NCBI GenBank assembly: GCA_023480825.1
Contig: JAMCWQ010000077.1
Span: 1-47,088, forward strand
Length of the DNA: 47,088 nucleotides
From: Chloroflexota bacterium
GTDB lineage: Bacteria; Chloroflexota; Chloroflexia; JAMCWQ01
Direction of reading: 5' to 3'
Shown: in pieces, positions 9,867-23,746 of the stretch
Numbering within the stretch: position 1 is the first letter of the stretch
How the letters are laid out: each line of letters begins with the position of its first letter
Program-made: the position numbers and the translations under genes
The notes under the pieces: generated by a model
What the model saw: only the letters and a program-made list of their open reading frames with translations
What the model was told of the DNA's origin: nothing
Database searches by the model: none

Positions 9867-10901
9867 TTGTCAGAGAGAGAAAAAGCTATCGACATGGCTA
9901 TCCTCCAGATCGAGCGCCAGTTCGGCAAAGGGGCCATTATGAAAATGGGTGAAGCTTCCGGGCTGATGCAGGTGGATGTGATACCCACTGGCTCGATAGC
10001 CTTGGATCTTGCCCTTGGAGTAGGTGGTATCCCACGGGGCCGGGTGACGGAAATCTACGGACCGGAGTCTTCGGGCAAGACCACACTGGCGCAGCACATC
10101 ATAGCGGAAGCGCAGAAGATGGGTGGCGTGGCGGCATACATTGATGCCGAGCATGCTTTCGACCCGATCTATGCGGAGCACTGCGGTGTGAACCTCGATG
10201 CGCTGTTGATTTCTCAGCCGGATACCGGAGAGCAGGCTTTGGAGATAGCGGAGACGCTGGTGCGTAGCGGGGCGGTGGATGTCGTGGTGATAGACTCAGT
10301 GGCGGCCCTGGTGCCGAAGGCGGAAATCGATGGGGACATGGGGGACGCTCACGTGGGTCTGCAGGCCCGGCTCATGTCGCAAGCATTGCGAAAGCTGGCC
10401 GGAGCGATTAGCCGGTCGAAAGCATCCGTGGTGTTCATCAACCAGCTTCGCATGAAGATTGGCGTAATGTTCGGCAATCCCGAGACAACCACAGGAGGGA
10501 ATGCCCTCAAGTTCTATGCTTCGGTCCGCCTTGACATCAGGAGAATTGAGGCCATCAAGCAGGGGGCAGAAATCATCGGCAACCGCACCAAGGTAAAGGT
10601 GGTGAAAAACAAGGTTGCCCCACCGTTCCGGACGGCGGAATTTGACATAATGTACAACGTGGGTATCTCCAAAGAGGGAAACCTGCTTGATGTCGGGAGT
10701 GACTTCGGTATTATCCGCAAGACGGGGGCGTGGTTCTACCTGGACGATCAGCGGCTTGGCCAGGGACGAGAGAGTGCGAAGGAGTTTCTCAAGGCCAACC
10801 CTGATGTGGCTGAAGACATTGAATCCCGCATAAGGAATAATGCGCCGGCGGCCAAGGGCGCCTTCAATGGGGATGCCGACGTCGCCGTGGAGGACGAATA
10901 G
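9867..10901 (+). CDS. recA: Recombinase RecA
   Basis: GPESSGKTT Walker A and [14 protein letters not shown]; TTG start after AAGGAG. Confidence 0.98.
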   Translation: MSEREKAIDMAILQIERQFGKGAIMKMGEASGLMQVDVIPTGSIALDLALGVGGIPRGRVTEIYGPESSGKTTLAQHIIAEAQKMGGVAAYIDAEHAFDPIYAEHCGVNLDALLISQPDTGEQALEIAETLVRSGAVDVVVIDSVAALVPKAEIDGDMGDAHVGLQARLMSQALRKLAGAISRSKASVVFINQLRMKIGVMFGNPETTTGGNALKFYASVRLDIRRIEAIKQGAEIIGNRTKVKVVKNKVAPPFRTAEFDIMYNVGISKEGNLLDVGSDFGIIRKTGAWFYLDDQRLGQGRESAKEFLKANPDVAEDIESRIRNNAPAAKGAFNGDADVAVEDE

Positions 10902-10926
10902 GTCCACTGAGAGGCGGATGAATTAG

Positions 10927-10962
10927 AAAATGGCTGTGACCATTAATGGTCACAGCCATTTT
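10927..10962. terminator. Perfect 36-bp palindrome between recA and recX (terminator/attenuator)
   Basis: AAAATGGCTGTGACCATTAATGGTCACAGCCATTTT is its own reverse complement. Confidence 0.75.
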
Positions 10963-10977
10963 GCTGGAAGAGACGGA

Positions 10978-11643
10978 ATGGGCAGGATTACTTCTATAAA
11001 GGAACAGAGATCGAATGGCGAACGTGTGAACGTCTACATCGATGGGCGCTATGCGTTTCCTGTCTCTCGCTCGGTCGCGGAAGGCGCCGGTCTCCGGCCG
11101 GGGATGGAGGTCTCTGCCGATGATGCCAGACGGCTGCGGCAATCCGACCTTAGCGAGAAAGCCAAAGAGGCGGCGTTTCGCTTGCTGGCGTTCCGGCCGC
11201 GCAGCCTAGCGGAGATCAGAATCAGGCTGGAGCGCAAAGGTTTTGACTCCGAGATAGTCGAGGCAGTGCTGGGCTGGCTGCAGGAGAGAGGTTATCTCGA
11301 TGACCGGGAGTTTGCCCGCTTTTGGATCGAGAATCGCGAAGCCTTCAACCCGCGAGGCACGCGCCTGCTGCAGCACGAGTTGCGCCAGAAAGGTGTAGAT
11401 ACGGAGATCGTGGATGAAGCGCTTTCCGAGGGCTCTGTGCCGGACGAGGAGGCCGCCGCACTAGACCTGGCGCGCCGCAAGGCCCAGACCTACAAGTCGC
11501 TCGACCGGGCGGCGTTCACCCGGCGCTTGATGGGATTCCTGCAGCGACGAGGGTACGGTTATGGGGTGTGTAGCAAAGTGGCTCGCAAGGTGTGGAATGA
11601 GAGATCTGGGCTGGTTGGCGATGAGCCCCCGACTTGGGACTGA
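10978..11643 (+). CDS. recX: Regulatory protein RecX
   Basis: RPRSLAEIRIRL, GYLDDREFA, ELRQKGV and FLQRRGY repeats; directly follows recA. Confidence 0.93.
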   Translation: MGRITSIKEQRSNGERVNVYIDGRYAFPVSRSVAEGAGLRPGMEVSADDARRLRQSDLSEKAKEAAFRLLAFRPRSLAEIRIRLERKGFDSEIVEAVLGWLQERGYLDDREFARFWIENREAFNPRGTRLLQHELRQKGVDTEIVDEALSEGSVPDEEAAALDLARRKAQTYKSLDRAAFTRRLMGFLQRRGYGYGVCSKVARKVWNERSGLVGDEPPTWD

Positions 11644-11716
11644 CTTTTGTGGTGGGCAGGAAATAGGTTGTCTATCCGGTGGCGGGGTATGGTAGAATAC
11701 CAGCGGGAGATTTGAG

Positions 11717-12361
11717 ATGGCAGATGTTACGTGGCTGGGACATTCTTGCTTCCGGCTCAAAGGCAAGGAAGCGACGATAATTACCGACCCATATGATCCT
11801 AGTGTAGGCTATGACCTTGGAAGGCCAAAGGCCGACATAGTGACCGTGAGCCACGGGCACTACGACCACAATTTCGTGCAAGGGGTAAAAGGTGAGCCTA
11901 GGGTGGTGGATGGCCCCGGCGAATACGAGATCAGCGATGTGCTGATTACCGGCATCCGCACCTACCACGATGAGGAAAATGGCGGTAAGCGCGGCAAGAA
12001 CACCATCTACCTTATCGAGATGGAGGGGATAACCTTTTGCCATCTAGGCGACCTTGGGCATGTGCTTACCACAGAGCAGGTCGAGTCCATGGACAAAGTC
12101 GATGTCCTCTTTGTTCCCGTTGGCGGGACTTTTACCATCGATGCGGCGCAAGCTGCGGAGGTGATAAGCGAGATCGAGCCGAGAGTTGTGGTGCCAATGC
12201 ATTACAAGACTGCGGCTAGTAAGCTCCCGCTGGACCCGATTGACAAGTTCGCCAAGGAAATGGGGCTAAAGACCTGGGAACCGGTGGATAGGCTTACTGT
12301 GAAAGCAAACAGCCTGCCGGAGGAAACACAAGTAGTAATTCTTGACTACCGCAGTGGCTAG
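11717..12361 (+). CDS. MBL-fold metallo-hydrolase (UlaG/Lactamase_B_3-like)
   Basis: WLGHSCF, TDPY, SHGHYDH, HLGD and PMHY motifs. Confidence 0.9.
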   Translation: MADVTWLGHSCFRLKGKEATIITDPYDPSVGYDLGRPKADIVTVSHGHYDHNFVQGVKGEPRVVDGPGEYEISDVLITGIRTYHDEENGGKRGKNTIYLIEMEGITFCHLGDLGHVLTTEQVESMDKVDVLFVPVGGTFTIDAAQAAEVISEIEPRVVVPMHYKTAASKLPLDPIDKFAKEMGLKTWEPVDRLTVKANSLPEETQVVILDYRSG

Positions 12362-12377
12362 GCGATGGGAGAGCAAT

Positions 12378-14024
12378 GTGCCTAAGTTTATCTTCGTAAC
12401 GGGTGGCGTGGTCTCTTCGGTCGGCAAGGGTATCACAGTGGCTGCCCTTGGGCGGGTGTTGAAGAGCCGGGGGATTGCCGTCTCTCTCCAGAAACTGGAT
12501 CCTTACATTAACGTTGACCCTGGGACGATGTCCCCTTACCAGCATGGAGAGGTCTTCGTAACAAGAGATGGCGCCGAGACAGACCTTGATCTTGGCCACT
12601 ACGAGCGATTCATCGACGAGAACCTCACCCGTGCCAGCAACGTCACTACCGGGCAAGTGTATCTCTCCGTCATCCAAAAGGAGAGGCGAGGGGACTTTCT
12701 TGGCGGTACCGTGCAGGTGATCCCGCATATTACTAACGAGATCAAGGCGAGCATTGCCCAAGTGGCTCGGGCCGATAGCCCCGAGGTCGTAATTGTCGAG
12801 GTTGGCGGGACGGTTGGTGACATCGAAGGCCTGCCATTTCTGGAAGCTATCCGCCAGATGAGAAAAGACGCAGGACGTGAGAATGTCCTGTACATCCACG
12901 TCACGCTTGTGCCGCATATCGCGGCGACCGGTGAACTGAAAACCAAGCCCACACAGCATAGTGTCTCAACTCTCCGGAGCATCGGCATCTTGCCGGATGT
13001 CATAGTCTGCCGCTCGGATTATCCTTTGGGTAGTGACATTAAGAATAAGGTAGCCCTGTTTTGCGACGTGGAGCCGCGCGCGGTGATCCCGCTTGTGACT
13101 GCCGACTCCATTTACCAGGTGCCTTTGGTTCTTGAGGAAGCAGGGCTTGGTAGCTACATCTGCGAGAGGCTGCATCTCGAGGGGAACCCACCTCAGTTGG
13201 AGGAATGGGAGCAACTGGTTTCCAAAATGAGAGAGCCGAAGAAGGTGGTCCCGATCGCTCTAGTTGGAAAATATACGGAGTTGAAGGACGCCTACATTAG
13301 TGTGGTGGAGGCTCTGAAGCATGCCGGGTTACATAATGGGGTGGACGTCGATATCCGTTGGCTGAGTTCCGAGGACATGGAGCACACTACCGTCGATCAG
13401 CTTCTGAAAGATGTGTCCGGTGTGGTAGTGCCGGGTGGCTTTGGCGAAAGAGGTGTCGAGGGCAAGATTGCCGCGGCCACCTGGGCGCGAGAAAATCAGA
13501 TCCCGTATTTTGGCCTTTGCTTTGGCATGCAAATGGGCGTTGTGGAATTTGCCCGCAACGTCGTCGGGCTTGCCGGGGCCAACAGTACGGAAATCGATCC
13601 CCGCACACCTCATCCGGTCATCGACATAATGCCTGACCAACGGGATATTGCAGATCTTGGCGGGAGTATGCGTCTAGGTGCCTACCCCTGTATATTGGTA
13701 CCCGGCACCAAGACTCATGCAGCCTATGGCACCAACATGGTGAACGAGCGGCATAGGCACCGTTTTGAGTTCAACAACCAGTACAGGGATTCTCTCTCCC
13801 GGGCGGGGCTGGTGATCAGCGGTCTGTCACCAGATGGCCGGCTCGTCGAGATCATCGAGTTGCGGGACCACCCTTGGTTCATCGGAACGCAATTCCATCC
13901 GGAGTTCAGGTCTCGGCCGAACAGGCCTCATCCTCTGTTTAGCTCCTTCATAGCTGCGGCGAAGAAGGTGCTGCACGAGGGTGACCAACAACCGCTGCCC
14001 TTGGAGACTGCGGTAACGGAGTAG
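12378..14024 (+). CDS. pyrG: CTP synthase
   Basis: [33 protein letters not shown] and QFHPE. Confidence 0.98.
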   Translation: MPKFIFVTGGVVSSVGKGITVAALGRVLKSRGIAVSLQKLDPYINVDPGTMSPYQHGEVFVTRDGAETDLDLGHYERFIDENLTRASNVTTGQVYLSVIQKERRGDFLGGTVQVIPHITNEIKASIAQVARADSPEVVIVEVGGTVGDIEGLPFLEAIRQMRKDAGRENVLYIHVTLVPHIAATGELKTKPTQHSVSTLRSIGILPDVIVCRSDYPLGSDIKNKVALFCDVEPRAVIPLVTADSIYQVPLVLEEAGLGSYICERLHLEGNPPQLEEWEQLVSKMREPKKVVPIALVGKYTELKDAYISVVEALKHAGLHNGVDVDIRWLSSEDMEHTTVDQLLKDVSGVVVPGGFGERGVEGKIAAATWARENQIPYFGLCFGMQMGVVEFARNVVGLAGANSTEIDPRTPHPVIDIMPDQRDIADLGGSMRLGAYPCILVPGTKTHAAYGTNMVNERHRHRFEFNNQYRDSLSRAGLVISGLSPDGRLVEIIELRDHPWFIGTQFHPEFRSRPNRPHPLFSSFIAAAKKVLHEGDQQPLPLETAVTE

Positions 14025-14150
14025 CCTGGCGTTGCCTTAATGGGCCGGTCTGATGGCCCAGAGTCGGTGGAGGATCGTGGCGGCTGGGTTAGTGCTTGCT
14101 TTTTTTGTTTTCAATGGTATACTATTCAGGCTTGACGACAAGTGTGGATT

Positions 14151-14393
14151 ATGATGGACCGCGGTACTCTGCGTGCTCTGGCGCTGGCAGCCGAGATCGG
14201 CTTTGTAATAGCGGTACCGATCGTCGTCTTTTCGTATCTGGGCTCTTGGGCGGATCGGCAACTAGGAACGGAACCGCTCTTCTTGCTGATAGGAGTCCTT
14301 CTCGGAATGTTTACCGGGTTCTACAGCATCTATCAGTTGATAACGTTTCGGAGGAATGACGATCAACCGCCGAAGGGGCGTGATGGCCGATAG
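14151..14393 (+). CDS. atpI: ATP synthase accessory protein AtpZ/AtpI family
   Basis: Two TM helices with GSWADRQLGTEPLFLLIG; first gene of the atp cluster. Confidence 0.8.
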   Translation: MMDRGTLRALALAAEIGFVIAVPIVVFSYLGSWADRQLGTEPLFLLIGVLLGMFTGFYSIYQLITFRRNDDQPPKGRDGR

Positions 14394-14458
14394 GAGCCGG
14401 CGCGCTAGCAGGTGTCGGGTCTTGTATCAATTGTTGGTCAGGAGGCAGGCTGGGGTCG

Positions 14459-15322
14459 ATGAAAAGCAGTAAGTTGCGGAAGAACGCACTGCTCTATGGT
14501 TTTCTCGTCGTGGCAGCGGTCGTTTTAGTACTGAGCTTTTTTATCCCGTCGACGAGCCAGGTGACGGCGACCCCGGCGGCTGAGAATCTGTTCTACGTGG
14601 GGCCATTTGGCATCAGCAACTCATTTGTTATGATGCTGTTGGTAATGGCCGGCTTGGTTCTGTTCGCCTACTTCGCTACCAGGAAGATTCAATTGGTACC
14701 CGGCCGCCTCCAGAGTATGCTGGAGATGCTCGTGGAGATGGTGCTGGGTCTGTGTGAGAATGCGGCGGGCAGGCGAGCCGGACGGATTATTCTCCCGCTT
14801 GTGGGCACGATATTCATCTATGTGTTGATCGCCAACTGGGTGACTCTGCTTCCCGGATTTGGAACTGTTTGGCTGAGCGAAGTCTCGAATGGGGTAACAG
14901 AGCAGATTCCGCTGCTTAGGGCGGCAAATGCTGATATCAATATGACTCTGGCAATGGCCATATTCGCCTTTCTAGCTTTCCAGTATGCCGGCCTCAAGGC
15001 GCATGGCATCAAGGGGCGCATCAAGGAAATGGCGACGCCGCTTTATCTCTCGCCGCTGCTCTTCCCAATTCACATTATCAGCGAGCTCTCACGATTGATT
15101 TCTCTGTCTTTCCGGCTCTTCGGCAACACCTTTGCCGGCGAGATCCTGCTAATACTGATGGTTGGGTTGGCCGGCCCGGGTGTTGTCCTATTCATGGGTC
15201 TCGAAATGCTCTTTGCTTACATTCAGGCGCTCGTCTTCTCGGTATTGACTCTTGTGTATACGAGCCTGGCGCTTGGGGGATTCCCTGCTGATCATGGGCC
15301 TCATGAGAGCCACAGCAGCTGA
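14459..15322 (+). CDS. atpB: F0F1 ATP synthase subunit a
   Basis: PGRLQ, SLSFRLFGN and IQALVFSVLTLVY. Confidence 0.95.
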   Translation: MKSSKLRKNALLYGFLVVAAVVLVLSFFIPSTSQVTATPAAENLFYVGPFGISNSFVMMLLVMAGLVLFAYFATRKIQLVPGRLQSMLEMLVEMVLGLCENAAGRRAGRIILPLVGTIFIYVLIANWVTLLPGFGTVWLSEVSNGVTEQIPLLRAANADINMTLAMAIFAFLAFQYAGLKAHGIKGRIKEMATPLYLSPLLFPIHIISELSRLISLSFRLFGNTFAGEILLILMVGLAGPGVVLFMGLEMLFAYIQALVFSVLTLVYTSLALGGFPADHGPHESHSS

Positions 15323-15399
15323 ATTCTATTTAATTCGTGGCCTACGGGCTGGATAGGCGTGGCCTGTTTAACAATCAAAATGAGGAGGACTTCGCGAAA

Positions 15400-15624
15400 A
15401 TGCCACCAGATTTCACCACTTTAGCGGCCGGAATCGCAATAGGACTTGGAGCCATCGGACCCGGTGTCGGCATCGGTATCGCAGTGCGAGGAGCGATGGA
15501 GGCCATCGGCCGCAATCCGGAGACAGAGAACGCCGTTCGGACGACGATGATCCTTGGTGTTGGTCTCGCAGAAGCAGTGGCGATCTATGCCTTCGTCATC
15601 GCCATCATCCTAGTCTTCAAATAG
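15400..15624 (+). CDS. atpE: F0F1 ATP synthase subunit c
   Basis: GxGxGxG helix, RNPE loop and LAEAVAIY; ATG after GAGGAGG. Confidence 0.96.
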   Translation: MPPDFTTLAAGIAIGLGAIGPGVGIGIAVRGAMEAIGRNPETENAVRTTMILGVGLAEAVAIYAFVIAIILVFK

Positions 15625-15758
15625 GTGATTGGCTGGGGTCTCGTGTGGAGACTCTGAAATAGGTATAATTCTGTGATACGGATCATGGCTGACGAGGAGA
15701 ATATCTGATTTCCTCGTCAGCTACATGATTGGCGAGAACTAGAGTGAGGCTGGAGAGT

Positions 15759-16262
15759 ATGGGAGCAATAGGACTGGATCCTATCAAACTGCTGGTCCAG
15801 TTTGTCGCCTTTGGCGGGCTAGTCATCTTGATGTTGCGCTTTGCCTACAACCCTGTTCTGAAAGTCATCGACGAGCGGGCGCGTAGGATCAGGGAGGGGA
15901 TGGACACCGCGGAGGCGATCAAGCGCGAGATGGCGGACACGGAGGAAAGGACTAAGCAGGCGCTGGACGAGGCTCGCAAAGAGGCCCAGGCTATCGTGGC
16001 CAGGGCGCACGAAATCGGCGAGCGAACTGTTGCAGAGTCTAGATCGCGGGCGCGAGAAGAGGCCGAGAAGGTTCTGGAGCGAGCCAGAGCGGAGATACAG
16101 TTGGAAAGGGACCAGGCAGTGGCGGACCTACGGAAGTCCGTGGCAGACCTGGCGGTGCTGGCTGCTTCGCGCGTTGTGGGCCAGTCTCTCGATACGCAGG
16201 CTCATTACCGTCTTATCGACGAGGTCATTTCCGAGTCCGGAAGACTGCAGCAGGCAGATTAA
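15759..16262 (+). CDS. atpF: F0F1 ATP synthase subunit b
   Basis: N-terminal TM, PVLKVIDER and a coiled coil; operon position. Confidence 0.93.
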   Translation: MGAIGLDPIKLLVQFVAFGGLVILMLRFAYNPVLKVIDERARRIREGMDTAEAIKREMADTEERTKQALDEARKEAQAIVARAHEIGERTVAESRSRAREEAEKVLERARAEIQLERDQAVADLRKSVADLAVLAASRVVGQSLDTQAHYRLIDEVISESGRLQQAD

Positions 16263-16280
16263 TTCAGAGGCGGAGAATCT

Positions 16281-16823
16281 ATGCCATCATTAAATGGCTC
16301 CATTGCTAAGCGCTACGCTGAGGCTTTGTTGGAGCTGGCACTGGCGAAGGGCGAAGTTGTCGCGGACAAGTGGGAAGACGATCTGAGAGTATTTGCTGAT
16401 GCCATCGAAAACACGCCTTTGCTCCAGTTTCTGGAGAACCCCAAGGTGCACTTTGCCGATAAACGCGCAACCCTGATTCGGGCTTTTGGTGGTGCAGTCG
16501 ATATGGAGCCTCTGAACCTCTTCTCTCTCTTGATCGAGCGGGACCGGCCAGGCTTGCTTCGGGGAGTCTTGGATGCTTACTCTGCTCTGCTGATGGAGAG
16601 GAAGGGCATTGCCATCGCTGAGGTCACAACTGCTGTACCCCTACCGGATTCTAGGCAAAGGGAATTGGCGACCAGGATTGGGGCACTTCTCGGCAAGACT
16701 ATTGAGCTGAGAACAAAGGTGGATCCCAGTATCATTGGTGGGTTAGTGGTCAGAATTGGGGATAGGTTACTGGACGGCAGTGTGGCGACCAGGCTTTCCA
16801 GATTACGGAGCAGCCTTGAGTAA
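16281..16823 (+). CDS. atpH: F1 subunit delta
   Basis: AKRYAEAL and VDPSIIGGLVVRIGD...DGS. Confidence 0.95.
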   Translation: MPSLNGSIAKRYAEALLELALAKGEVVADKWEDDLRVFADAIENTPLLQFLENPKVHFADKRATLIRAFGGAVDMEPLNLFSLLIERDRPGLLRGVLDAYSALLMERKGIAIAEVTTAVPLPDSRQRELATRIGALLGKTIELRTKVDPSIIGGLVVRIGDRLLDGSVATRLSRLRSSLE

Positions 16824-16903
16824 TAGTGATGCTCTGCCGGCCGCCGGCTGTGTGCGGTCTTAGCGCGAATGCGATGGGAATATAGTACGTCGGTGAATAG
16901 TAA

Positions 16904-18439
<1,536 letters not shown>

Positions 18440-18487
18440 GTATGAGCAGCACCTCTTCCCGCGCTGTCTGGAATCAAGGAGGACCTG

Positions 18488-19351
18488 TTGCCTAGCGCAA
18501 GAGAAATTAGGAGACGCATAAAAAGCGTCAAGAACACGGGACAGATTACGAAGGCCATGGAAATGGTTGCTGCTTCCCGCATGCGCCGAGCCCAGACCCA
18601 AGTCGTCTCAGCCAGGCCCTACTCGGACAAAATGCGGAGTGTTCTTGGACACCTCGCTATCATATCCCAGCGGGCCGGGGGCCAGCTTCACCCACTATTG
18701 GAGCAGCGACCTATCCGCAGAGTGGGGCTCGTGCTGATCACCGCCGATCGCGGTCTGTGTGGAGGCATGAATAGCAATATTATCCGCTCTGCCACACAGT
18801 TTATACTAGACGAGGCAGGCGCTCCCGTGACAGTCGTGGCTGTTGGCCGCAAAGGACGAGATTTCATGGTCCGGCACGGGCGGAACATGATGGCCGAGTT
18901 TACGGGCATGCCTGAGCATCCAGGCCTAATAGATACTCTGCCTATCTCCAAGATCATAATGGACGATTACTCCAGCGGCGGCTTCGACCAGGTGTATCTG
19001 GCCTATACTCAGTTCGTTAACACTCTCATGCAGAAGCCTGTGTTGCGCCGGCTTCTGCCGCTGGAGGACATTAGAGAGAGCGGGATAGAGCTTCCTATCG
19101 ACTATATCTACGAACCTAACGCCGAGACTGTGCTCGCGAACCTCCTGCCCAGGTATGTGGAAATGCAGGTGTACCAGGCAATACTGGAGTCCATCGCGAG
19201 CGAGCAGAGCGCTCGGATGGTGGCGATGCGCAACGCCACTGATAATGCAAATGATATAGTGAACTCATTGACACTGAGTTACAACAAAGCACGGCAGGCG
19301 AGTATAACCCGGGAGATTACCGAGGTTGCCACTGCTGCTGGTGCGCTTTGA
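18488..19351 (+). CDS. atpG: F1 subunit gamma
   Basis: ITKAMEMVAAS, DRGLCG and YNKARQASIT. Confidence 0.97.
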   Translation: MPSAREIRRRIKSVKNTGQITKAMEMVAASRMRRAQTQVVSARPYSDKMRSVLGHLAIISQRAGGQLHPLLEQRPIRRVGLVLITADRGLCGGMNSNIIRSATQFILDEAGAPVTVVAVGRKGRDFMVRHGRNMMAEFTGMPEHPGLIDTLPISKIIMDDYSSGGFDQVYLAYTQFVNTLMQKPVLRRLLPLEDIRESGIELPIDYIYEPNAETVLANLLPRYVEMQVYQAILESIASEQSARMVAMRNATDNANDIVNSLTLSYNKARQASITREITEVATAAGAL

Positions 19352-19401
19352 TGATGCTGCGGACCAGAGAGTAGCAGTCACTTAGACAAAGGAGATCATA
19401 G

Positions 19402-20811
<1,410 letters not shown>

Positions 20812-20820
20812 CGATACGCT

Positions 20821-21240
20821 ATGGCAACTTTGAATTGCGAGATTGTGACCGCGGAGAGAATCGTGTTCTCCGGTGATGTGGATATGGTGGTGGCGCCTGG
20901 GATAGAGGGTGAACTGGGCGTGTTACCTCGCCATGCCCCGTTGCTTACTGCGCTACAGGTAGGAGGGTTGCGTATCAAGCAAGGCCGAGAAGAGATACTG
21001 ATGGCCGTCAGTGGTGGCTTTATGGAAGTGCTTCCGAACAAGGTCATCATCTTAGCAGATGCCGCTGAACGCGCAGAGGAAATCGACGTGGCTCGCGCTG
21101 ACGAGGCCAGAAGAAGAGCCGAGAGCCGCCTCGCCCAACAGGCAAACGAAGTGGACACGGCTCGTGCCGAGGCGGCGCTAAGAAGGTCGCTGATGCGCCT
21201 GAAGATCGCCGAGCAGGTGCGAGAGCGGCAGCGAAGATAG
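20821..21240 (+). CDS. atpC: F1 subunit epsilon
   Basis: [16 protein letters not shown] and C-terminal helices. Confidence 0.96.
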   Translation: MATLNCEIVTAERIVFSGDVDMVVAPGIEGELGVLPRHAPLLTALQVGGLRIKQGREEILMAVSGGFMEVLPNKVIILADAAERAEEIDVARADEARRRAESRLAQQANEVDTARAEAALRRSLMRLKIAEQVRERQRR

Positions 21241-21298
21241 CACTGTGGTTCGCCGAGGGGTACTGCACTGGTAGACGAGTCTGTGGTTTTCTGAACTG

Positions 21299-21341
21299 GC
21301 GGCCTCACCAGCACTTGCTGGTAAGGCCGCTATTTGTTTTT
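21299..21341 (+). terminator. Terminator of the atp operon
   Basis: GCGGCCTCACCAGC-ACTT-GCTGGTAAGGCCGC hairpin followed by TATTTGTTTTT. Confidence 0.75.
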
Positions 21342-21360
21342 CAGCATTGTGGTGGTCAAC

Positions 21361-22620
21361 ATGGGCAAGATAGTAATCGAAGGCGGGAAGAGACTCAATG
21401 GCAAGGTAGCCATTAGCGGAGCGAAGAATGCCGCATTACCTCTCATGGCGGCGACACTCCTCACTGGTGAATCCTGCGTACTGCGTAATGTACCCTTGAT
21501 TGAAGACACGTATGGAATGGCGGAAATCCTGCGCGGCTTTGGAGCGGAGGTAGAGGTCGACAACGCGAGCCATCTTGTTCGCGTCAGCATGCCGGCAATC
21601 AATAGCGTAGCGATGCCGTTGGAATTGGGCCGCCGGATGAGAGCATCGTTTCTGGTCAGCGGTCCTCTACTGAGCCGGTTCGGCGCCATGCGTCTGCCTC
21701 ACCCGGGGGGGTGCGCCCTGGGGACGAGGCCGGTCAACGTCGATGTGCTGGGGTTCCAGGCCATGGGGGCCGAAGTCATTATGGATGGAGAGTACTACTC
21801 CGCCCGCGCGAGCCGTCTTCTCGGTACCAGGATCTATCTGGATTATCCAAGCCACACCGGCACCGAGAATTTGCTGATGGCTGCCTGCCTGGCCAAGGGG
21901 AAGACCGTGATAACGCATGCCTCCACCGAGCCGGAAGTGGTAAGCCTTGCAGCTTGCCTCAACTCCATGGGAGCCCGGGTGACGGGGGCGGGAAGTAGCG
22001 TGATCGAGGTTGAGGGAGTGGACGAACTCGGCGGGTTCGACTTCGAGGTGGTGCCGGACCGGATGGAGGCCGGTACATTCGCCATCGCTGCGGCTATTAC
22101 CGACGGCGAGGTGCAAATCGAGAGTGTGGTGCCGGTTGATATGGTCCCGGTTAGCCACAAGCTGCGGCAAGGGGGAGTGGAACTAGAAGAAGGACCCGAT
22201 TGGGTACGCGTCCGCGGCCGGGGGTACGTTAGCGCGGTGGATGTGCAGGCATTGCCGTTTCCCGGGTTCCCCACCGACCTGCAAGCCGCCTTTGGCGCTC
22301 TCATGACCCAGGCCCACGGAGTCAGCACCATTTTTGAGCGCGTATACGATAATCGCTTGCTTTATACTCACGAACTGCGTAAGATGGGAGCGCAAATCGA
22401 GGTCCATGGCCAGAAGGCAAAGATCACCGGCCCATCGAAACTGATCGGGACCGTGGTGAGGGCGCTTGACATCAGATGCGGAGCTGCGCTAGTGCTGGCC
22501 GGGTTGGCAGCTGATGGCGTAACGGAAATTAACGACGCCTACCATGTTGACCGCGGTTATGAAGATCTGGTCGGGCGGCTGGCGGCACTGGGGGCAAGGA
22601 TCGACTACAGGCCTGAATGA
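21361..22620 (+). CDS. murA: UDP-N-acetylglucosamine 1-carboxyvinyltransferase
   Basis: SGAKNAALP, MRAS, PGGCALGTRP (catalytic Cys) and PGFPTDLQ. Confidence 0.97.
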   Translation: MGKIVIEGGKRLNGKVAISGAKNAALPLMAATLLTGESCVLRNVPLIEDTYGMAEILRGFGAEVEVDNASHLVRVSMPAINSVAMPLELGRRMRASFLVSGPLLSRFGAMRLPHPGGCALGTRPVNVDVLGFQAMGAEVIMDGEYYSARASRLLGTRIYLDYPSHTGTENLLMAACLAKGKTVITHASTEPEVVSLAACLNSMGARVTGAGSSVIEVEGVDELGGFDFEVVPDRMEAGTFAIAAAITDGEVQIESVVPVDMVPVSHKLRQGGVELEEGPDWVRVRGRGYVSAVDVQALPFPGFPTDLQAAFGALMTQAHGVSTIFERVYDNRLLYTHELRKMGAQIEVHGQKAKITGPSKLIGTVVRALDIRCGAALVLAGLAADGVTEINDAYHVDRGYEDLVGRLAALGARIDYRPE

Positions 22621-22638
22621 GCGAATATAGGACGAATC

Positions 22639-23643
22639 ATGCTAGTTAAGAAGATCGGTATAGACCTGGGAACTGCCAATGTCCTGGTGTACGTGAAGGG
22701 CAAAGGAATCGTTTTGAACGAGCCCTCCGTGGTTGCTGTATCCACAAAGGACGGGAGAATAAAGGCGGTGGGGGCTGAGGCCAAGGACATGGTCGGCCGT
22801 ACCCCGGAGACACTTGAGATTATCAAGCCCATGCAAAGCGGCGTTATCGCCGACTATGTTGTCACCGAGGCCATGCTTCGTTACTTCATAGGAAAGGCTT
22901 GCGGCCGTTTCTCAGCCCTTCGTCCGGAAGTGATGGTATGCATACCGGCGGGGGTGACCAGTGTCGAAAGGCGAGCGGTGCGCGATGCCGCGCTTCAGGC
23001 GGGGGCGAAGATCGCCTATCTAATCAGGGAGCCACTGGCTGCTGCCATCGGAGCCAAGGTCCCGATTGCGGAGCCGAGCGGCACGCTGGTAATCGACATA
23101 GGTGGTGGTACGACTGAGGTGGCGGTTGTAGCGCTGAACGGAATCGTGGTAAGCAACTCCATTCGAGTCGGCGGGAATCTCGTCGATGACGCCATCGCCT
23201 CGTACATCAAGCGCCGCTATAACCTCATGGTAGGCGAGCGAACCGCCGAAGAGGTGAAGATCGAAATCGGTAGCGCTGTGCCGATGGATGAGGAACTCGA
23301 AATGGACGTCCGGGGCCGCGACCAGGTCGCCGGTCTGCCACGGACGGTGAGGATTGGCTCGAACGAAATTACCGAGTGCATTGAGGAGCCACTTCAGGCC
23401 ATAGTCGGAGCGGTAAAAGCGGTGCTGGAGAACACGCCACCCGAGCTGTCTTCGGACATAATAGACAAAGGTATGGTTATGACCGGTGGCGGGTCTATGC
23501 TGCGGCACATTAGCGACCTCCTGACGGAGGTAACGGGTGTTCCGGCGTATGTGGCTGATCATCCACTCACCTGTGTAGCGCACGGCACCGGTATTGCCCT
23601 TGAGCACTTGGATATTCTAAGAGACAGCCTGTCCGAGGACTAA
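22639..23643 (+). CDS. mreB: Rod shape-determining protein MreB/Mbl
   Basis: [15 protein letters not shown] and TGGG actin-like motifs; no mreC follows, so possibly the mbl paralog. Confidence 0.93.
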   Translation: MLVKKIGIDLGTANVLVYVKGKGIVLNEPSVVAVSTKDGRIKAVGAEAKDMVGRTPETLEIIKPMQSGVIADYVVTEAMLRYFIGKACGRFSALRPEVMVCIPAGVTSVERRAVRDAALQAGAKIAYLIREPLAAAIGAKVPIAEPSGTLVIDIGGGTTEVAVVALNGIVVSNSIRVGGNLVDDAIASYIKRRYNLMVGERTAEEVKIEIGSAVPMDEELEMDVRGRDQVAGLPRTVRIGSNEITECIEEPLQAIVGAVKAVLENTPPELSSDIIDKGMVMTGGGSMLRHISDLLTEVTGVPAYVADHPLTCVAHGTGIALEHLDILRDSLSED

Positions 23644-23746
23644 CAGCGATGCCATATGGCGGAAGGCTGCAGAGCCCGTTGTGCAACGGCCATGGCGGTA
23701 CCTCTTGCCTGGTGTCGCGATCCGTCTTCGGTACTCAGGAGCGAAT

